This document shows positions 52,744 through 64,000 of a stretch of DNA of 64,000 nt, piece after piece. Numbering within the stretch: position 1 is the first letter of the stretch; each line of letters opens with the position of its first letter. The position numbers and the translations under genes were made by a program. Source of the DNA: Tubiluchus corallicola (Eukaryota > Animalia > Priapulida); the NCBI GenBank assembly GCA_030141605.1, contig JAQGDQ010000981.1:9326-73325 (forward strand). The letters run 5' to 3'. Below the pieces are notes generated by a model, which was given only the letters and a program-made list of their open reading frames with translations, was not told the origin of the DNA and made no database searches.

Positions 52744-52835
52744 CCAAGAATACCAAGCCGCCAAGACCCCACGCCGCCAAGAATGCCAAGCCGCCAAGAA
52801 TGCCAAGCGAGATTGATTGACAGACAGACAGACAA
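52744..52835. repeat. 16-bp minisatellite (CCAAGAATGCCAAGCCG-like, about 4 copies) followed by (GACA)n
   Basis: Seen directly. Confidence 0.75.
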
Positions 52836-55800
52836 AATCTTATACATTCATGCAAGCGTTGATATCTGTTTTGTGCCGACACAGAATAAATAAATTATCC
52901 CTTTGTCTATGTTGCAAATAAACAAACTCATTTAGTCAAAATCATTTAAGCAATGGGTACACCAACTCGCTAGCTAAGTACGTCACTAGGCATTGAAAAG
53001 GTCACACGCTTAATCACTCGATCAGTGAGTGAAACAGTCATTCCAGCCTGTCAAGGAGAGTTATTTAGCTAAACAGACAGTTGCTTGGTGGTTTACTACT
53101 TTGGTTGGTCGGTCAGCTGACTGGTTGGTAGGTCCGTCAGTAAAAGAAAAACGAATCACAGATTCATATTCAGCACCATTCCTGTAATTTTCACATTTGT
53201 ATTGTCATGACTAAGGCATATCTTTGACCCGAACCACTAGTTTTGTCCATTAGGGAAGAGGCAAGATATTTTACAGAAACGACGCCATTTTGAATATTCT
53301 CCATGCATTCTTGCCCCAGAATCGAATCAGTTTTTGATGTTAGTTAGTGCCTAAAAACCTATCTTCTGGAATTTGCACCTGAAAGTTTGGTTGGTGTTTT
53401 GGAAAATAGCGGTTTTAATTCCCGGTTAGGGTTCTATTTCAAGGCACTACAGCTTATTACAGCTAGATTTAGATTGATATACCAGATAGGTATAGATAGC
53501 ATTTCAGGGCCAAAACCACGGCATTCCAGGGCAAACTTTGTTCAGATTTCTGTTACTCTTATTGAACCTGGCTCAAAAATAGATTTCTGGGCGCAGGCGA
53601 TTGTTCACCCTAATACTTTTCTCTCGCACTAACCGTAGCAATAAATCATATTTAAAATTTGCAAATCAAACTGGCCAACGAACCTCAGCAGGAAAATGCT
53701 AATACCTGCTTTGGTGAATCAGAGGTTTCAATCGACTTCATTGCTGTTTTTCTACTAAAAATTTTCTGTTTCGGTATAGTATAAATATATTGGAACTTTC
53801 AGAGGCAAAACTGAATGACAATGCCTCAATTGAATTTTATGTGGTACCATGATATACTTTCCATTACTTGGACAGTTACCCTTCTCTTGGACTTTGTATG
53901 CGCACTGGAGATACTTTACCCATTCACTCCCACGGGGCTTAAAAATAAGCTTCAGTAGCTCATGCACTTTATCCGTTTTCCTTCTGTCCGTTTCCATCCT
54001 TCCAGTCTTGCACAGAATTACTGAGGACAACAACAACAACGGCAGTGATGGGATAAAGGCAATTGCACGACAACGACACGGCAATTAATTCAATAATGAT
54101 TATAATCTGCAGCTTACTGGTTGTAAGCGTTTTTGTAATGCCATGATGACGGAGCTTAGAATGAGGTTGATTTGTATATAAAAATTATGTCCCATTTAAA
54201 AAGTATATTTTGTACTGTACTTTCATTCTGTCTGATATTATCTGCTTCCAGGAACACACATTGAGATGCCCATCACACAGAGCGACTGTAACAGCCATTA
54301 GAGTTTCCAGTAATTGTTTCGTTTTAAATAACTACATAGTCTTTACATGATTGGTTCATGAATACATATTACTCTGTAACTGATGGAGAGAGAAAGAGAG
54401 CGAGTTTGCTTGCTGAGACTGATTTCGGGATTCTGTTGTTATAAAGGAAGCCACGCGGGCGTGCAAATATCACGGTTGAATGCATGCACTGTGCCCAAAG
54501 CCGGTTAGCAGCTGCTTATTGAACAGACAAAGCCGTTATTTAATCTGATTTACCGCTTCTCGATCAAGATGAATACTGATCAGATGTTTATTCCATAGTC
54601 TCTGCATGAATGCAGACCATGGATGAAGCCATGAGGACCAAATTTTTTCTCAGGACATTCACTGGGCTATGAAAGTTATGTTTGTACGTTTAGTAAATCC
54701 GCAATAACGAGAGTGAACTAGGGGAGAGCAACAGAAGCCAATGTTTCTTCATTTCAATAGAATTGCTTAACCCCATTTTCACATGACCAAAACACTCTAC
54801 CCGTCCTGGACATTTGAGATCCGGGTCTAATATAAGCAGTCAAATAGCCAAAAGACCACCAAAGGCATTGGACTTTTCCGTGACTGCCTCCGGTATATGG
54901 TCTCAGAAGTCTAAATAGCTAGGATCCGGATTTATGTTGCAATGCTAGTAAAACATATATCAGTTCTGGATCTTTTCGCTACCTAATTTACCCCGTGACT
55001 ACCTGGTAGCATGCGCCTGTATTTCTAACCTGGAACTGATGAGCTGTAGACCAACAAATTTGATGTTGAAGACACCATATTTGCTATTCATTTCCCCATT
55101 TTTGAAGGCTATTATCGTTAATTTCCTTTTTTATGTCATTTCCACAACAATATGTAACATGCAAACGACCCCTATATTTACATATACTTATTATTAGATA
55201 TCAAAAGTGATGCATAAGTGCAGTGAAGCATGCAATAAAGAAGCTGGAGCAGAACTGCGCCAGAAAATACTTCAGGCCAGAAGAGCAAACAGACGACTAT
55301 AAATTGTTAGAAGAAACTTGCGTGACACGATTAGCCATTACAGATTGCGTCGATTAGGCCAACGCTTTTCTCGCCCGACTTCAATCATGATAAATAAGCC
55401 ACATAAACTCTAATCTGTGTACAAGCACTGTTTTAACTTTCAAAGACCTCTGTAGAAAAATTAACTGTAGTCGCAGGTCATCAAGCGCGCGTTATTTATA
55501 AAAGTGAAAATATTAAAAGGAAGCTTGCACACATATTACTTCATAATAACAGTAGTAAATTTTGAAAATGAAAATTTGTTGACTAAAATGTTTGCTTCAC
55601 CATGTTTATAAATCACCTATAAATTTCAATTTTACTTCAAGCTTTCTTAAAAAACAGAAAACATTGTGTGGATGATGTATGTTATGAGCATATAAGATGT
55701 TTTCAAAGACCTTTTCATTACAAATTGTCAGGTTGTGAGTCGGTTATTTGTAGCTAGCAGTAATTTAATTTTAAATCAACCAAATGCAAATACTTTTGAG

Positions 55801-58800
55801 ATAATGTACAAACACTGGAAACCCAAATTTGCGCACGATTATTGCGAGCAATCCGGCCGAAATAAATTCCACCCTCTGGGTGTAGCACTCATCAGAATCA
55901 CTCCTCTAGAACAAAGTAGAAAGTCAATAAGCCAATATCCGCGAAAATATGGCTTTAAGCGTTCAGTCATGGTTTGAATGAAGAACAGGGATGCCAAAGC
56001 ATGCCCTAAAATACATTTATGCATTGTACCTTCATTCCGACTGTCCATAAGTGTTCGCTATTGATTCGCAGATGTAATATTAACACATAAAGACGGAGTC
56101 ACGACTGAACATTTCATCCTTCGAGACTTCATATCGTCGCTTAAATATAGGTTATCCTAAGCTGCAGAAGTGGCTGAATTAATTAGCTCAGTTATAATGT
56201 GGCACATTCGCTTATATCTTACTGTATGTAGGACTTAGAAGACAGAGAAGTTATGCAACTAGTTCTATAATGACGTTTATTCCAGGCACATTTCAATACA
56301 GGTGTTTTAATTGATTTATAAAATTTTACTATTGCAGAGCGACATCTCTATGCCATTTTAATGCTCTAATGTAGTGTGTTTTTTGTGGCTTTTGCATAGA
56401 ATTTTTGTGTAGAGCTTTCTGCATTCATTTTTTGACAGTGTAACAGTCTTCTATGTCGTGGATGCATCAGTAACCTGCGTTTGTTTGTAATAATACTTTT
56501 TGAAGGTGTTGTTTTCTTCTGTTATTATGTTGATTCTAGAGGATGATGTAAAATCGCTAAATGGATGATTGTATAGAAAAACGTAATACGTAGGTGTAAA
56601 TTAAGAATTTTAACTCAACAACACAATTTTAATAAATTTTTAAGACTAATTAAGGACGAAACGCAGGATATATAACAATTAAAATTATTACTCATACTTA
56701 TTGTTTACCAAAAACTCTCACTAAGTTCGATAAAACTACTTAAAGTGGTTTTCAAACCCGAGACAGTATTGTAAGTTTTTTAGTCTTACAACTTACATCT
56801 AATACAGCCAGGATTACAGCTACTGACGTGATTAACATGCTCTTTCGCAGCACTATAGTGTCGTATATAACTAGGGTCACCTTTTGGCTCATCTTTGCTT
56901 GTATAGTGCACTGATTAAGTTTCCAAGAGTTTATCCCAAAATGGTAAAATAAGAAATTTTTTACACTGCAGTCAGCACAAGTTAAGCAGTTAAAAAGCTA
57001 AGTTTAAGAAAAATGCTACACGACAGCAGGAAAGCACCAGTTACGATTCTTTTCCTTTCAAAAGGTAATGTGTACCCCAGGTATATAAAGTTACTATTAT
57101 TATCGTGAATAATTTTAATATTATAAATTAAGTCAGAAGACAAAACAAACAAATGTAGTAAACAAATACAGGCCTATAACATATAAATTCTTAATACACA
57201 ATAATTATAGGTAATTCAGAAGTAGCTTCTACATTTTGCATGCGTCGTTCATTCCAGATATCTTTAAATATTAACGATTGCTTTTATTGTTTTAGAGATT
57301 GACTTGCTGGCGATTTTTGGGTAGCTGATTGACAGCTGCGTGTATTTGATGCAATATGTCTGTCGTACCAGAAATCACGATGCACTTGTTACGAAAATTA
57401 TTGTGACTGATGCAGAGGACACACAAGGTTAGTCAGTGAGAAACCAAGCACGGTGTTCCATATTCAAGTAAACTGATGAAAAACAGACGTTTGACGGTTG
57501 TTTCACAATTCATAAGACTAACAGATGGATTATCCCGCAAATTAATATTTTCTTACAAAAAGGGATAGACAGACTAGTATAGGCAATTTCAGTCAGAAAT
57601 TCAAATAAGCAGCAGACTACTTCTTGAAAGAAGCAAATTTTCCATCCCAGTCAACGTGTTTTAATAGTTTTACTGATCAGGTAGATTATTCTTGAAAACA
57701 ATTTAAGCAGTTCGGGTCACAAGATAGGTAAAATTCAGTCTTGCAGACGAAATCCAACTTGGCACTGTGGTATTTTTATCGAAGGAGCCTGAATCCATCC
57801 ACGTTGCGGGTTTTGTTTTGGACGCCAATTTTGGCTGCAATGTTAAATGTAATTATTTGGGTGCGGACGTTTTTGGACCCCTAAAACCTTTAAAAGGACA
57901 TATTGGTGCTCTAAGACAACTAAAAATATTGTACTTATTTGTTAACATTTAAACAACCGCGATCCAATGATGTTGTTTCCTGGTAATACACGATGATTAT
58001 CTTTCTTATGGAAAGGTTTGAAACACTAACGTGGTTACTTGTAAAAATTATTAATGGTCTAGTAAGAGCAAGTGTAACTCTGCTTTTCGAGCAGACGCGC
58101 TTATTAAGCGAAGCAGTGAAGTTTCAAATCGAGGCCGCGGGGATTCAACCCCAGGGATTCGCTGAGTTAATTAGGTACAGGGAGAAAAGGAAATAACATT
58201 TAAGAACGGCAGTAAAGTTTATTCAATTATTTTTGCAAGAATCGAAAAGTTCTAGCATTCTAGCAGGAGAGCTTTAATCAAGGATGATGATTTGGGCTGG
58301 TACTTCGTTTAGGAGGATCGATTTTCATTCAGTCGACTTTAATTCAATAACGTGCTTTTCTTCCACGGGGCTTCCATACTGTGACGGAGTTTGAATGGAC
58401 GCGGCTACGAGAAAATGAAGTCATGCGATGCAACTTAAATCTGTAAAGACAAAGATCGTAGAATCTGCCTAATTCTATTATTCATGGGCTGATATAATAA
58501 CGTCTCAATTTCACAAGAAACACAAACTACAAAACTACCTGATTATAAAAAACAGAATTATTACTATTATCTGTAAATTTTATGGAAAACAAGAAGCGTG
58601 ATTTCCACTAGCTTACAGAACCTACCAAGTGACATGAGAAAAAACCATCGAAAAACCGTGAGAAAACCATCTATAACGTCGGAATAGAAAGTCGTGGCCA
58701 TGCATGACGGCATTGGATGTTCTTCCCTGCACAACGGATTCCATTCCTTCAATATATACATGTACTGTATAAAGGATGTTGAATTAAAGAACAACAGAAG

Positions 58801-60341
58801 ATTTCTAAATAATGGCGTCTATAGTATGAAATGAAAGATCTATTATAGCAGAAAGGGCTTTCTTAATGTGATCAATGGTGTGGCATGACCAGAATCTTCT
58901 AGGATTGGATGTTAATAAACTGCAGCGGGCAGAGGTGTCTTAATTAAGCTCGGACCATATACGCGTATTACAAAAACACCCAAATCACCAGAAAAACAGC
59001 CAAAAGCAGAATGGCTGAGAGGAAGGATGGAACTGCTTGGCCGGACCTCCACTGTCCATTCCGCTACTAAAAGGGAATATGTCAGCAGAACGACATAGGA
59101 TAATGAAGACGCACATACTTGTCGAAGGAGCAACTTATGATTCGAAAAGAACGGCGTCGAATAGCTTGGCCGAACAGAGGGATTAGGTAGAGCTTCAGCG
59201 GCATTTTCCCGTTTCATCAGCGGGTTCCAACGGACTCCCTAAATATCTATCGATTAGCTTTGGCGTCGATTATTTGACGCATCACTACCTATACCACCAC
59301 ATCTCTCGACGCATTTGATCAGTTCCAAATTTAGTATTGCACACTAGTATGATAACAACATTGTTCTAATTAGTTTTGACGTACGTAAAAACAAAAAAAA
59401 TTAGATACTGCATCACTAAAATTCACCTTGACACCATGTCGATTAGGTATGCACAGTAACTGAATTTGATATAAATTTATATTCCATTTAGACTAAGTCA
59501 AAACCTGATCATATTTAGCGCATTCCACACAGACACAATCCATCAGAACGTTGCGATACCACAGACAGAACGCATCACTTTGAGTTCTGTCTCCCTGGAC
59601 ATCTGTTTGTGGATGCACTGGCACTGATATAGCCCTCATTAATAACATGGAGGCTTACTAATTATTTCAAAGTGACTCGTTAATGACGATGTAATTATGT
59701 GCTCTTCTCTAAGGATTCCCATTTGACAGTAATGTGAGTGATAAGTAATATCATTATCGTACATTTAGGTGCAAAATTCTCATTACCCAAAGCTCACTGT
59801 TTGCTTGTGCTCACTTGTACGCGCGTTTCTGCTGTTGCTTTGTTCATTCAGCCATTTGCTCGTTCGCTTACCCATAACTCACATTTATTTATTCCATATG
59901 CTCAATGGGACGTTTCGTTCGTTTGTTCGCCGTGTTTTGTTAATTTTTTGTTTCTCATCAGACATCTTGAATGGGTTTGTTCAGAGATTTAATCAAGTGC
60001 CACATTTGTGTATGATATTTAAACCACTGAAAACACGACAATTCGCTATAAAATGACAATATTTTTAAAATGAGACGCCAAACGTGGGCTGAGCTGTTCT
60101 AACCACGTTTGGATGTTCCTGCCACATCCCATGTTCAACGAGAGTCAGTGACAGTATGGCAGCTGAAAACATCTAAAAACCCCTTTCTTGGGGGTCACGC
60201 ATCCAGTTACTAATTAGCCCAGCATTTCTTAACTTTGATCGCTAAGCCCTGTGACCGCTCAGATATATCACTCGTCGGACGTGATAAAGCCAAATTAATT
60301 CCTGAGCTTCAAATTTTGGCTAAAAATGTGCTAAACTAAAG

Positions 60342-60344
<3 letters not shown>

Positions 60345-60398
<54 letters not shown>
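60345..60398. repeat. Compound (TC)n(TA)n microsatellite
   Basis: Seen directly. Confidence 0.97.
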
Positions 60399-60399
<1 letters not shown>

Positions 60400-60726
60400 T
60401 CCAAAACTTGCACAAAAATTTGTGTTTTAACTTTTACTAAATCGAGCAAGAACGGCGTCAATATTAGAGCTTTTGGAATTATTACTATGAAATTATTTAT
60501 GTCGAGAATCAAACGATTTCACATAAAATCCCACCTTACTAGTGATCTGAATATAAAAACTAGCGTGTTTTCAGAATCTCATCGTTTAAAATAAAATATT
60601 TTTGAAGTATGTTTATGTACCTGAATACCCGTAGGCCTAAACCTCGTTTGCCTCTTTTTTTGCAGCTGACATAATGCATTATTGCCCACTTTCCACTGGT
60701 CAGTAACTGGACATTTTTCTCTCTGT

Positions 60727-61526
60727 GTCCAGCTACATCGAGTGATTCACTTTTTATCATGCATGACGTTTGCTAATATGGTTGTTACAAGGAAAGGTCT
60801 ATTTAAAATCGATTTTTCGAGTGTTTGTTTTATTATATTTCAATCAAAAGCAGTGATTTTTCATTTTTTAAGCAAACAGGCGGTAAAACTCATACTTTAC
60901 AATGTTGGGTTAAAATTGACATTGATCTAATGATTTAATAACTCAGTCTTCAAACTTGTTGTTTGTCGGTGGCGGCCTCTACAGGAGATTTAGCCATTTG
61001 TGAAAAATATTTTGAAATGTTCTGCTCCATAATGAAGAATCTCCTTTTTGCATTGTTATTTAAACTATAACAATATGTTCTACTGGAAATACGCCGAATG
61101 GTAGGTATAGATGAAAAATGCCATTATATTGATGTACGTCTATAATAGGAGTTAGCCAAGACAATTTACTGAAACTTTCGCTAGCCTTGCAGCAGCAGTT
61201 GCCTTGGTTCTATTCATTTACTGCAGGTAGCAGCAGCAACCGATCTGCTGCATCAGCGCTTCAATTTCAGATAAGCAGTTATAGTGGAAGTGTGAGAAGC
61301 GAGTTTTCTTTTAACGATTAGGCTTAGTTTTTATTAAATTGTTAAATTGTTATAGGCCTAATATGCTCAGTGACATACATAAAAATTTGGTGGCCTTCAC
61401 GATAACTGACGTTATATGGGCAAACGTGCAAGTAATCAATTCTGCCTAATGACACAGCTTTACATGGTACATACAGCTGTGATAGATACGATATAGCGTG
61501 CATACGCGTTTTTAATATTCTTGAAT
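60727..61526 (+). repeat. Left arm of a long inverted repeat (at least 800 bp; outer boundary not visible)
   Basis: Reverse complement of 63201..64000 with a constant coordinate sum of 124727 at both ends. ORF translations over the shared parts are identical on opposite strands. Confidence 0.97.
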
Positions 61527-61675
61527 AGATAACCAACGACCAGGAGGTATATGTCATTGTACACACTAGTAATTTGACACGACGACTAAACAAAAATATT
61601 AAGTCTTGTATTGAATGCACGATAAATAATAGCATACTATTATAAAAGATTTTGAGAAGATATAATATAAAAATA

Positions 61676-61865
61676 TTGTATTATAAAAAAACTGAAGCTC
61701 AGGAATGCGTGTGTGAGTGTAAGTATGTTTGTCTCTTTGTGCAAGCCTCAGCTATTGCACCTACAGAGCTGAAATTTGGCACATTGACGAGCATTTGTCG
61801 AGGGTGTTTAATACGATACAAAAACATAGATATTCCCGGCCCTAAAATATACCCAGAATCCGTCA
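61676..61865 (+). mobile_element. Possible Helitron-like non-autonomous 5' fragment in the inverted-repeat spacer
   Basis: TATTATAAAA…GTGTGTGAGTGTAAGTATGTTTGTC…CCTACAGAGCTGAAATTTGGCACA layout resembles invertebrate Helitron/DINE-like heads. Pattern recognition only. Confidence 0.35.
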
Positions 61866-63200
61866 ATGGATTGTTTTATAAGAGAGGAAACTTACTCCAA
61901 AATGAATATGCATGCAGGTTTCAATGAATGGGTAGGTCCATATAGTGTACGTTTACTTCTCATTCTTTGATAGAACATTTATAAAGAAAATAAAAATGAA
62001 ACACTAATTTTCTTCAAGTTCCATTACCTTGGCGAAGTGAACAGTCTCGTTCTGCAGCAACCAAAATTCAATATCCCCGTTCTTAGAAGGTCCAAAAATT
62101 ATAATAACGAGCGGTGACGAGCTTGTAATGGCGGTTCTGGTGATAAGTTTACATATTTTCAGTGACCATTCTTTAAGGCGTTTTGGTTGTTATTGATTAT
62201 TAAAATAACTGATGACATGTCTAACTCATTATTTCTATTTCAACCACAAAACATTATATTGCTATAAATGAGGCATCATTGCCCGTAAGTTAGGGTATAA
62301 GTTCTTTTAAGTAATGACGACTTTGGAGTAAGAATTTGTCAAAAAAGTTTTCAAAATTAAAAATTAAAAATATATTCAACGCTTTCAAGATTAAATTACG
62401 GAAAGAATAGTAATGTAATGACAAGTTCCTGAGCACTTTTTTATGGTGTTTGTCATGAATATATATTGACAAAACCGCTATGTATACATAACTACATGGC
62501 TGTAATAACACTTTCCGTTTTATAATTATTTACTAGAAAAATTAATGCTCTCCAAATTGAGTTTATTTTTTCAAAAAAAGGAAAATTAATATGTAGCATA
62601 ATGAACGCCATCACTTGAACGGAATCTTATACTTCTTAAATTTGGTCATTTTGCTTGTTTACAAAATCTTATAACTAATGCAGCACTAATGCAGTATTGC
62701 AATTAATTGTTACTGTAATACAAGTATAGAGTAACACACAATTAGTTGGTCTAGTTTTTTAAATTATAGTGCAGGAAACACTGTGCGAAAGTCTTCGTGT
62801 GTTTGGGAAGGAATTGGTAAAGGAATTTCGGGGACATTCACGCTTTGCCAAAATATGTTTTTCGAAGCATTTTCAAACAATTTCATTACGCAAACACTAA
62901 TAAGTCGCTGGTATTGTACTGGTACTGGTACCAAAAACACCATTTACTGGCCAAAATAAAAATTGGTTTAATTTAGGTTAATCGCGGTAATTATATATGT
63001 AAATGAATAAATATTAATGCACGTTGTCATATTACCAGCATGCTTATTACACGGCTTGAATAAATTACAATTATTACATTATAACCAGCTCTGTTTAAAT
63101 TAATCATTATCATGTTGATATTGCCACAAGGTTGCTTACAATGCCTGGGTGGTTTGATGTCCCATACTGCCGCTTTTTGTTTGTTCGTTGGCGTACATTC

Positions 63201-64000
63201 ATTCAAGAATATTAAAAACGCGTATGCACGCTATATCGTATCTATCACAGCTGTATGTACCATGTAAAGCTGTGTCATTAGGCAGAATTGATTACTTGCA
63301 CGTTTGCCCATATAACGTCAGTTATCGTGAAGGCCACCAAATTTTTATGTATGTCACTGAGCATATTAGGCCTATAACAATTTAACAATTTAATAAAAAC
63401 TAAGCCTAATCGTTAAAAGAAAACTCGCTTCTCACACTTCCACTATAACTGCTTATCTGAAATTGAAGCGCTGATGCAGCAGATCGGTTGCTGCTGCTAC
63501 CTGCAGTAAATGAATAGAACCAAGGCAACTGCTGCTGCAAGGCTAGCGAAAGTTTCAGTAAATTGTCTTGGCTAACTCCTATTATAGACGTACATCAATA
63601 TAATGGCATTTTTCATCTATACCTACCATTCGGCGTATTTCCAGTAGAACATATTGTTATAGTTTAAATAACAATGCAAAAAGGAGATTCTTCATTATGG
63701 AGCAGAACATTTCAAAATATTTTTCACAAATGGCTAAATCTCCTGTAGAGGCCGCCACCGACAAACAACAAGTTTGAAGACTGAGTTATTAAATCATTAG
63801 ATCAATGTCAATTTTAACCCAACATTGTAAAGTATGAGTTTTACCGCCTGTTTGCTTAAAAAATGAAAAATCACTGCTTTTGATTGAAATATAATAAAAC
63901 AAACACTCGAAAAATCGATTTTAAATAGACCTTTCCTTGTAACAACCATATTAGCAAACGTCATGCATGATAAAAAGTGAATCACTCGATGTAGCTGGAC
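63201..64000 (-). repeat. Right arm of the long inverted repeat, truncated by the window end
   Basis: ORFs 63188..63385(+) and 63797..63985(-) mirror 61342..61635(-) and 60682..60930(+). Confidence 0.97.

Noticed and set aside
53755-54088. Overlapping ORFs, one with a signal-peptide-like Leu run
   Set aside because: The Leu run comes from a (CAA)n repeat, the starts are weak and no domain is recognisable.
58200-59300. GC-richer segment and ORF 58912..59217 as a gene or LINE reverse transcriptase
   Set aside because: No recognisable domain or splice-consistent model. Possibly an old retroelement, but not demonstrable by eye.

Overview
AT-rich animal (invertebrate-like) genomic DNA, not prokaryotic. 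The window is dominated by one multi-exon minus-strand gene, a Ca2+/calmodulin-dependent cyclic-nucleotide phosphodiesterase (PDE1). I reconstructed 14 phase-consistent coding exons by hand, from an ATG at 40960 down to 1034 (1945 nt, about 648 codons). No convincing terminal exon was found, so it probably lies left of the window. The gene has a 23.4 kb first coding intron, one GC-AG intron, a long N-terminus resembling (from memory) the vertebrate olfactory PDE1C2 isoform, and candidate internal alternative first exons, one of them beside an RFX X-box. Introns and upstream DNA carry many repeats: a pogo/Tigger-like deletion derivative with perfect TIRs, a hAT MITE, other TIR and foldback elements, LINE and tRNA-derived remnants, and microsatellites. 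The right end holds an apparently perfect inverted repeat of at least 800 bp that runs off the window. I found no convincing wholly new biological system. The best leads are the inverted repeat and the PDE1 isoform and promoter architecture.
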